DNA from: Caedimonas varicaedens
GTDB lineage: Bacteria; Pseudomonadota; Alphaproteobacteria; Caedimonadales; Caedimonadaceae
NCBI GenBank assembly: GCA_001192655.1
Contig: BBVC01000008.1
Coordinates: 1-23,978, forward strand
Length of the DNA: 23,978 nt
Direction of reading: 5' to 3'
A program made the position numbers and the translations under genes. Each line of letters opens with the position of its first letter. The stretch's first letter is position 1. Positions 8,311-15,723 of the stretch are shown in pieces. A model generated the notes under the pieces. That model made no database searches. It had not been told where the DNA came from and was given only the letters and a program-made list of their open reading frames with translations.

Positions 8311-9822
8311 ATGACAATTACCAGCGGAACGATTCGGATGGAGATTTTGGGTGTTGCCGATATGGTCGCCCGTGAAAAAGGGATTGATCGGGAAGAAGTC
8401 ATCGAGGCAATGGAAGTTGCCATCCAGAAATCCAGTCGCGCCCGTTATGGAATGGAGCGAGATATCCGCGCAACGATCGATCGCAAAACGGGTGAAATTA
8501 GCCTTTATGCCTATCGCGAAGTGGTAGAAGAAGTTGAAAATGACGTTACACAAATATCATTAAAAGAAGCGACAACACGAGACCCGCTTCTCAAGATTGG
8601 CGAGTTTCTCAAGGAACCCCTTCCCCCTATTGATTTAGGACGCGTAGCTGCTCAAACAGCAAAACAAGTCATTTTTCAACGTGTTCGGGATGCTGAGCGC
8701 CAGCGCCAATATAACGAGTATAAAAATCGTATTGGTGACATCATCAATGGCCAGGTTAAACGCGTTGAATTTGGAAACGTCATTATTGAATTGGGACAAT
8801 CTGAAGCACTCCTTGCACGTGATCAACTTCTTCCACGAGAGACTTTCCGTTCAGGCGATCGTATCCGTGCCTATATTATGGATGTGCGCCAGGAATTACG
8901 TGGACCTCAAGTATTTCTCTCCCGCTCTGATCCTGGCTTTATGACAAAATTGTTTGCACAGGAAGTCCCCGAAATTTATGAAGGTGTTATTGAAATTAAG
9001 GCTGTGGCGCGAGACCCTGGAAGCCGCGCCAAAATCGCCGTTTATTCAGCAGATAAAAGTCTTGATCCTGTAGGAGCCTGTGTGGGTATGCGCGGTAGTC
9101 GCGTGCAAGCCGTTACTTCTGAGCTTCAAGGAGAAAAAGTGGATATTATCCCATGGTCTTCAAATCCTGCTGTTTTTATTGTGAATGCCCTTGTTCCTGC
9201 TGAAGCAACTAAAGTCGTTCTGGATGAGGACATGCACCGTGTTGAAGTCGTTGTTCCTGATGATCAATTAAGTCTGGCTATCGGCAGACGTGGGCAAAAC
9301 GTTCGCCTGACCAGCATATTAACCAGTTGGGGTATTGACGTTATTTCAGAATCCCAGGAATCAGAGCGCCGAAATGCTCAGGTTAAAAATCTTTCACGCT
9401 TATTTGTAGAAGCTCTGGATGTCGATGATGTTCTAGCCCATCTTTTGGTCACTGAAGGATTTATCACAGTCGAAGAAGTTGCCTACATTGATCTCAAGGA
9501 TCTTGTCGCTATTGAGGGATTTGAAGAAGAGCTTGCGAATGAATTAAAATCGCGGGCTCAGACTTATCTTGAAAAGAAAGATGTTGAATTTACAAAACAG
9601 TTCAAGGAATTGGGTGTTGACAAGAGTTTAACAAAATTTCCGGGATTAACTCCTAAAATGTTGGTGACGTTGGGAGAAAATAATATTAAAAATCTGAATG
9701 ACCTAGCAGATCTTGCCAGTGATGAACTTCGTGAGCTCTTTTCTCATTTGACTGAAGCTGAAGCAAACGAGATGATTATGGAAGCACGTAAAAATTGGTT
9801 TAAGGGCACTTCCAAACCTTGA
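8311..9822 (+). CDS. nusA: transcription termination/antitermination factor NusA
   Basis: 503 aa. It has the N-terminal domain ILGVADMVAREKGIDREEVIEAME, an S1 region (GDRIRAYI), KH motifs ACVGMRGSRVQAV and LAIGRRGQNVRL, and a C-terminal acidic helix-hairpin-helix repeat region. GAGG lies 11 nt upstream of ATG 8311. Confidence 0.95.
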   Translation: MTITSGTIRMEILGVADMVAREKGIDREEVIEAMEVAIQKSSRARYGMERDIRATIDRKTGEISLYAYREVVEEVENDVTQISLKEATTRDPLLKIGEFLKEPLPPIDLGRVAAQTAKQVIFQRVRDAERQRQYNEYKNRIGDIINGQVKRVEFGNVIIELGQSEALLARDQLLPRETFRSGDRIRAYIMDVRQELRGPQVFLSRSDPGFMTKLFAQEVPEIYEGVIEIKAVARDPGSRAKIAVYSADKSLDPVGACVGMRGSRVQAVTSELQGEKVDIIPWSSNPAVFIVNALVPAEATKVVLDEDMHRVEVVVPDDQLSLAIGRRGQNVRLTSILTSWGIDVISESQESERRNAQVKNLSRLFVEALDVDDVLAHLLVTEGFITVEEVAYIDLKDLVAIEGFEEELANELKSRAQTYLEKKDVEFTKQFKELGVDKSLTKFPGLTPKMLVTLGENNIKNLNDLADLASDELRELFSHLTEAEANEMIMEARKNWFKGTSKP

Positions 9823-9951
9823 TGTACCCTAAAGAGTCCTTGTGGAGACGGGGAAATTCCCTTCGGAATCGTGAAATTTAGCATTCCCACGGGGATATAA
9901 AGGCGAAGGGTATGGATATGTGAATGATAAAATCCTTGTTAAAGGAAAGAC
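9823..9951. repeat. imperfect palindromic intergenic element, copy B (nusA-infB spacer)
   Basis: An outer stem pairs TACCCT (9825..9830) with AGGGTA (9907..9912). CCTTGTGG (9838..9845) pairs with CCAC (9887..9890) and AAGG (9900..9903). An inner hairpin pairs ATTCC with GGAAT around a CTTC loop (9856..9869). The sequence is related to copy A. Confidence 0.4.
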
Positions 9952-9959
9952 AGAACGAT

Positions 9960-12499
9960 ATGGCCGAGAACGAAGATAAAAAAGAAAAAAAACCCTTACA
10001 CTTTCATCGGGAAAGTTAGGGATTAAAAAGCCTGTTGACGCACCCCAAATTCGTCAAAGCTTTTCTCATGGACGCTCAAAAGCCGTCGCTGTTGAGGTAA
10101 AACGCACACGCGTCATAGAATCTCCTTCAGAGAAAAAACAACCAACCAAGAAAACGGGTGGGGACCCTTCTATTCCAAAAGGTCTGACTGATGCTGAATG
10201 GGAAGCTCGTTTAAAAGCGGTTCAAGAAGCTCTTAAGAGAGAACCTGAACTTGAAGCCCAGATGCAACGGGAAAAAGAAGAGCGCACTTATTTGGAATCC
10301 CTGCGTTTTACTGACTTAGAAAAACAAAAACAAGAAAAAGAAACTGAGCGTCTTGCTCAAATCCAGGACAAAGAATCTGAAAAGCCAGGAGTTCAAGAAG
10401 AAAAATCAATCCACGCACAACAACCTTCTATACGAAGTGCTGATTCCGATGATTCTGCCCATCGTTCTCCCGAATCAAAATCAAGAAAAGTTTCCAGTGG
10501 ATTTGACGAAGAGGAAGAAGAAAGTAGCTCTCATCGTGCAAAAAAGGGAACCAAAGTTATTTCTCGTAAACCAGTAGAAGATGCAGAACGGGGACGTCAC
10601 GAATTACGACATCGGCTTCATGGCGTATCTGTCAAGGAGATCCTGACAAGTGATGAAGGGGTTGAATCCATTCGTACTTATGGGTCGCGACGGTATAAAG
10701 ATAAAATCAAGAGAAACCGGGATTCGATTGAGCAAAAGCAAATTACGCGCGACGTGACTATCCCTGAGATTATTTCTGTCCAGGAATTGGCAAACCGCAT
10801 GGCTGTACGTGGCGCCGAGGTCATCAAGAAATTAATGACGATGGGAGTCATGGTGACTGTAACCCAGAATATTGATGCGGATACCGCAGAACTTCTTGTT
10901 GTAGAGTTTGGCCATATACCGAAAAGGATCTCGGAATCTGATGTTGAGCAAGGGATAGAAGGCCTGGAAGATCAGGATTCTTCCATGCTTCCGCGCCCCC
11001 CTGTCGTAACAGTCATGGGACATGTCGATCATGGAAAAACTTCTCTGCTTGATGCAATTCGCAAAACCGATGTTGTGACAGGTGAAGCAGGGGGAATCAC
11101 CCAACATATCGGGGCTTACCAGGTAACAATGCCTACAGGAGCCAAAATTACTTTTATTGATACGCCTGGACACGCTGCTTTTACGGAAATGCGCGCGCGT
11201 GGCGCAAATGTGACCGATCTTGTCATTTTGGTTGTTGCAGCCGATGACGGGATTATGGAACAAACCATTGAAGCCATTCATCACGCTCGAGCAGCTCAAG
11301 TTCCTATGATCGTTGCGATTAACAAAATTGACAAGCCAAATGCTCATTCTGAACGCGTCCGCAATATGCTTTTACAGCACGAAGTTGTTGTAGAAGAATT
11401 AGGGGGCGATGTGATGAGCATAGAGATCTCTGCTAAAACAGGAAAAAATATTGATAAACTTGAAGAAGCCATTCTTTTGCAAGCTGAACTTTTGGGTCTA
11501 CAAGCAAACCCTAACCGCACAGCCACTGGAGTTGTCATAGAGGCCAAACTTGAACGCGGCAGAGGAGCCGTAGCAACTGTTCTTGTACAAAGGGGAACTT
11601 TAAAAGTTGGGGATATTTTTGTTGCTGGTATGCAATCTGGGCGTGTACGAGCACTGGTTGATGATAAGGGTCAACAGCTAGAAAAAGCTTTTCCTTCCCA
11701 ACCAGTGGAAGTTGCAGGATTTATAGGTGCTCCTGTTCCTGGAGATGATTTTATTGTGATGGAATCAGAGTCCCGCGCACGCGAGATCAGTGAGTTTCGC
11801 GCCCAACGCCAAAAGAATTTAGTTTCTGCCGCTGGAGGACGCGTCTCTTTTGAACAGTTGCTCACTCAAGCCACAGATAATAAAAAAGAGTTGGCTATTG
11901 TTGTCAAATCAGATGTCCAGGGTTCTCTTGAGGCAATTATAAGCAGCCTTGGCAAACTTTCCACTGATGAAGTTGCTGTAAAAATTCTTTATGCTGGCGT
12001 AGGTGGCATCAACGAAAGTGATGTCACTCTTGCCAAAGCCTCTCATGCCCTGGTTATTGGTTTTAATGTTCGAGCAAATCCTCAAGCACGTGATGTTGCT
12101 CGTCAAACTGGACTGGAAATTCGTTATTATTCCATCATTTATAACGTTATTGATGATGTAAGGGCTCTGATGGGCGGGCTTCTTTCTCCGACCTTACGAG
12201 AGAATTTCTTGGGGAATGCTGAAATTCGTCAAGTCTTTAATATTACCAAAGTAGGCAAGATTGCAGGCTGTTATGTGACAGAAGGCGTCGTCAAACGAGG
12301 CGCTAAAGTTAGATTGCTACGAGACAATGTGGTTATTCACGAAGGAAGTCTGAAGACACTCAAGCGCATGAAAGATGAAACCCGTGAAGTAAAATCGGGC
12401 TATGAATGTGGTATGGCTTTTGAGAATTATCAGGACATTCGTGAAGGTGATATTATTGAATGTTTTGAAATTGAAGAAATTGCACGCGCTTTGGATTAA
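9960..12499 (+). CDS. infB: translation initiation factor IF-2, frame interrupted at an A8 tract near the 5' end (frameshifted or recoding candidate)
   Basis: The 745-aa track ORF (10262..12499) contains the G domain ([24 protein letters not shown]) and the C-terminal IF2 domains. Its frame stays open upstream to 9980 and encodes the conserved IF2 N-terminal domain ([38 protein letters not shown]) with no ATG, GTG or TTG. ATG 9960 is in the +1 frame relative to that and reads [11 protein letters not shown] before the A8 run (9985..9992), then stops at TAG 10017..10019. Confidence 0.9.
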
Positions 12500-12517
12500 C
12501 AGAAAAGCGGAGTATTT

Positions 12518-12901
12518 ATGACACGATCTCATTCTTACTCGACTCCGACACAACGCCAACTTCGTGTTGCTGAAGAAATACGCCATATTTTGGCGCAAAT
12601 TTTTGCTCGTGCGGACTATTTTGACGAAGTGATTCAAAAAGCACACATCACTGTCACGGAAGTCCGTATAAGCCCCGACCTTAAATCCGCCAAAGTTTAT
12701 GTTATGCCTATGGGGGGCGCCCATCAAGAAACAGTGATAGAAGCTCTTAATAAAGCTGCCCCCTTTTATCGCTCTGAATTGGGACGGCAACTTGCCATAC
12801 GATTTACGCCATCCCTTAGATTTTATATTGATGAAACCTTTGACGAAGCCTCAAAGATTACAGCTCTTCTACAATCAAACCGCGTCAAGCAGGATTTGTA
12901 A
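12518..12901 (+). CDS. rbfA: ribosome-binding factor A
   Basis: 127 aa of RbfA-type sequence (RVAEEIRHILAQIF, ITVTEVRISPDLKSAKVYV, RFTPSLRFYIDE). It occupies the conserved position after infB. Confidence 0.9.
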   Translation: MTRSHSYSTPTQRQLRVAEEIRHILAQIFARADYFDEVIQKAHITVTEVRISPDLKSAKVYVMPMGGAHQETVIEALNKAAPFYRSELGRQLAIRFTPSLRFYIDETFDEASKITALLQSNRVKQDL

Positions 12902-12944
12902 TCTTCTATGTACAGTCCCCGAATTTATTATTAAATAGTAGCGT

Positions 12945-13558
12945 CAACTTCTCAGAGTATTTCTGTCCTGGCAAACATTTTACAGTTTTTTTCGTCGCGC
13001 CAAAAATGGCGATATTTGGGAGCAAGTCTTGGGAGATTTGATTGAGAAGAGCCGTATCAGGGATGGGAAGAAACCCTCTTCCAACTTACAACATCATTGA
13101 CAGTCAGAGCGTCAAAACAACTAGCGCCTCTCCGGGACGTGGCATTGATGGAAGAAAAACGGTAAGGGGACGCAAGCGGCATATTGTCCGAGGTCATTTT
13201 CTTCATGTCAAAGTTCATGCAGCCAATACCCATGATACTGTTGCGGGTTGTCAGGTTTTCAAGGAAACCTTGGATAAATATCCTTCATTAGAAGGGGTTT
13301 CGGCCGGGTGAGGTGTATCGAAAAACGATGGAAAACTTTGTGACGGCCGTGTTTGAAAAAACCATTGAGATATCCAAGTGTATCAAAAATGAGTGGGCTA
13401 TTTTAGCGAAACATTGGGTGGTAGAGAGGACTTTTCCTTGGCTGAATCTTTTTAGAAGATTGGCTAAAGACGTTGAAATCTCTATATCTTCTGCGGAGTA
13501 CTTCGTAATGATTGCCCACTCGATGGGGTTGATTCAAAGGTTGATCGTAAATTCATGA
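12945..13558 (+). pseudogene. IS5-family DDE transposase remnant (N-terminally truncated, at least two frameshifts)
   Basis: Three frames together read VFLSWQTFYSFFRRAKNGDIWEQVLGDLIEKSRIRDGKK / PLPTYNIIDSQSVKTTS..GRKRHIV..VHAANTHDTV..PSLEGVSAG* / VYRKTMENFV..ILAKHWVVERTFPWLNLFRRLAKDVE. These match the IS5-family core (IIDSQSVKT, HAAN.HD, W.VERTF.WL..RRL). About 60 N-terminal codons and any recognisable inverted repeats are missing. Confidence 0.75.
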
Positions 13559-13855
13559 AAATAGGATATTAGTATTAATCTAAATCATCACAACTCGCGA
13601 CTATACAACTAATATCCAAGCCGGTATGTTGCGGGGGCGTGCATCTGGCCAATTATTTCTAAAATATTAACAAATCATCTCAAGTAAAAAAATGGTCTCA
13701 TTTTTTCTTGCTTCCTGTTGTGCATAATTTTTTTATCTAAAAGGAATTTGAGAAATTTTTTCCATATTTATACATTTAAATCCTTTTTTTTAACGTTTTT
13801 TTTCGTTTTCTGTTGTCATGATATCCTGTTGATAAGTCTGTTGAAAAAAGATTTA

Positions 13856-13909
13856 CCCATAACTGCTCCATTGACTCCCATTAAATCCCATGATATTCCA
13901 TGAGATGGG
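13856..13909. promoter_or_regulatory. candidate MraZ operator: five phased (T/C)CCAT direct repeats plus one inverted ATGGG
   Basis: CCCAT occurs at 13856..13860, TCCAT at 13867..13871, CCCAT at 13877..13881, CCCAT at 13887..13891 and TCCAT at 13897..13901, with spacings of 11, 10, 10 and 10 bp. An inverted ATGGG follows at 13905..13909. The array ends 56 nt upstream of the mraZ ATG. Confidence 0.5.
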
Positions 13910-13964
13910 TAATGATATTTTTACAATGTTTTATTTTAAATATAGAAAGTAATTGTGTGAGGAA

Positions 13965-14432
13965 ATGGCACTCTTCCTTGCGACACATATTAACAAACTT
14001 GACAAAAAAGGAAGGATTTCAATTCCATCTTCCTTTCGTACTGTTCTGACTCTTGGCGAGTCCCAGCAGTTTGTTGCCTTTCGTTCCTATAAATATCAAG
14101 CCATTGAATGTTGTACTCTTGCGCGAATGCAACAATTAAGTGAGGGCGTGGATCAACTTGATATTTTCTCAGAAGCGCAGGATGATTTCACAGCCGCTAT
14201 TTTTGCAGATGCCCAACAGATTTCTATTGATGGCGATGGACGTGCGGTTTTACCCCAGATTCTTATTGAGTATGCAAGGTTGGGCGAAAGCGCAGCCTTT
14301 GTTGGTCGAGGAGCCACTTTCCAAATCTGGAAACCTGAATTGTTTGATTCTCACCAGGCTTCTGCGCGGATGCGTATCAAGGAACATCAAGCGAGTCTCA
14401 AACTGGTGAAAGAGGAGCATGAAAAACGATGA
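13965..14432 (+). CDS. mraZ: transcriptional regulator MraZ
   Basis: Has two SpoVT/AbrB-like halves, each with the DxxGR motif (LDKKGRISIP and IDGDGRAVLP). It is the first gene of the dcw cluster. The track ORF starts at TTG 13953, but ATG 13965 (MALFLATHINKLD) fits MraZ N-termini better. Confidence 0.9.
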   Translation: MALFLATHINKLDKKGRISIPSSFRTVLTLGESQQFVAFRSYKYQAIECCTLARMQQLSEGVDQLDIFSEAQDDFTAAIFADAQQISIDGDGRAVLPQILIEYARLGESAAFVGRGATFQIWKPELFDSHQASARMRIKEHQASLKLVKEEHEKR

Positions 14433-15394
14433 TGTTGTCTCCTTCTGAACATATTCCTGTTTTGTTGCCTGAAGTTCTTAAAATCTTGGCTCCCAAAGAT
14501 GGAGAAATTATAATCGATGGTACCTTTGGTCGGGGCGGTTATTCGCGGGCGATTCTTGAGCAAGCAAAAACTTTTGTATGGGCTGTGGATCGAGACCCGG
14601 AGGCTGTTCAATGCGGGCAAGAAATGGAAAAAAAATGCCCCCGTTCTTTCAAAATTCTCAAGGGTAGATTCGGCCAGCTCAGAGAATTACTTTCTTCTCA
14701 TGGAGTGGATCAGGTAGACGGAATTGTTTTTGATGTCGGTGTATCTTCTCCACAAATAGATCAACCTGCGCGGGGGTTTTCGTTTCGGGGCGATGGTCCT
14801 CTTGACATGCGAATGGAACAGGAAGGCGCAACCGCTGCAGATATCGTCAATACGCTAGAAGAAAAAGCGCTTGCAGATTTGATTTATACATTGGGAGAAG
14901 AGCGTTTTTCACGGAGAATTGCGCGTAAGATCAAGGAAGTTCGAGGGCAAAAACCAATCATGACGACCCAGCAGCTGGCTGAGATCGTTAAGTCAGTAGT
15001 TCCGCGCAGCAAAGATGGAATGGATCCTGCAACACGCACCTTTCAGGCATTGCGTATTTATGTGAATGATGAACTTGGTGAATTGCAACGGGGACTTGAA
15101 GGAGCAGAACAACTTTTAAAGCCGGGGGGGCGTTTGGCGGTTGTGACTTTTCATTCTTTGGAAGACCGCTGCGTCAAGAATTTCTTGCGAGATCGATCTG
15201 GTGCTTTCAAATCTGTTTCGCGTCATGCTCCTCCTCAGGCATTTGCTCAAATTCCCACATTTGAGCTCATCACGCGCCGGGCAATTTGTCCTCCAGAAGA
15301 TGAATGCCAGAGAAATCCCAGGGCACGTTCTGCCAAATTGAGAGCAGCCCGCCGTCTCTCTGCTTCTGTATTTGAAAAGAAAGAGGGGAAATGA
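14429..15394 (+). CDS. rsmH: 16S rRNA (cytosine1402-N4)-methyltransferase RsmH
   Basis: 321 aa with HIPVLL, the SAM-binding DGTFGRGGYS, DVGVSSPQID, GPLDMRM and SLEDR. It overlaps mraZ by 4 nt (ATGA). Confidence 0.93.
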   Translation: MMLSPSEHIPVLLPEVLKILAPKDGEIIIDGTFGRGGYSRAILEQAKTFVWAVDRDPEAVQCGQEMEKKCPRSFKILKGRFGQLRELLSSHGVDQVDGIVFDVGVSSPQIDQPARGFSFRGDGPLDMRMEQEGATAADIVNTLEEKALADLIYTLGEERFSRRIARKIKEVRGQKPIMTTQQLAEIVKSVVPRSKDGMDPATRTFQALRIYVNDELGELQRGLEGAEQLLKPGGRLAVVTFHSLEDRCVKNFLRDRSGAFKSVSRHAPPQAFAQIPTFELITRRAICPPEDECQRNPRARSAKLRAARRLSASVFEKKEGK

Positions 15395-15723
15395 TGAAAC
15401 GTTCGACATTTCTTTTTTTGTTGATCGCTACTTTTTTAGGAGTAGCGACCTATTTGGTCAAGCAAAATGTCATATCCATTGAACAGGATTTACTGATAGC
15501 ACAAAAAGAAATATTTCAACTTGAGGAATCCATTCATATTCTCAAGGCAGAATGGAGCCATTTGAACGAACCCAACCGTCTCCAGAAACTGGTTGAAAAT
15601 CACCTTAGTTATTCTCCGATGGAAGGGAATCAGCTCGTCTCTATGGATAAGGTTCCCTCAAAAGAAAGCGACAAGGATTACCAGGGAAGGCTTGTCACTC
15701 TTGCGAGCGCAAAACTACCATGA
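15391..15723 (+). CDS. ftsL: cell division protein FtsL (alphaproteobacterial type)
   Basis: 110 aa with a single N-terminal TM helix, then a coiled-coil-like segment (LKAEWSHLNEPNRLQKL). It sits between rsmH and ftsI with 4-nt overlaps on both sides. Confidence 0.75.
   Translation: MMKRSTFLFLLIATFLGVATYLVKQNVISIEQDLLIAQKEIFQLEESIHILKAEWSHLNEPNRLQKLVENHLSYSPMEGNQLVSMDKVPSKESDKDYQGRLVTLASAKLP

Noticed and set aside
8068-8553. 161-aa minus-strand ORF across the rimP end, the spacer and the nusA start
   Set aside because: It is antisense to rimP and nusA and crosses the palindromic spacer element. It has no motifs or ribosome-binding site.
9924-9959. Upstream in-frame ATG 9924 ([18 protein letters not shown]...) as the infB start
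   Set aside because: It is in the same frame as ATG 9960, so it does not remove the frameshift. The extra residues do not resemble IF2 N-termini, and it lies inside the palindromic spacer element.
10832-11347. 171-aa minus-strand ORF inside infB
   Set aside because: It is an antisense shadow ORF lying fully within the conserved IF2 G-domain coding region, with no recognisable motifs.
12317-12790. 157-aa minus-strand ORF spanning the infB end and rbfA
   Set aside because: It is antisense to two well-supported genes, and its translation is Phe/Asn-rich junk.
13718-13903. 61-aa ORF (TTG start) upstream of mraZ
   Set aside because: It has low-complexity, Phe/Leu-rich translation of a T-rich promoter region and no Shine-Dalgarno. 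Its 3' half is the phased CCCAT repeat array, which is better explained as a regulatory site.
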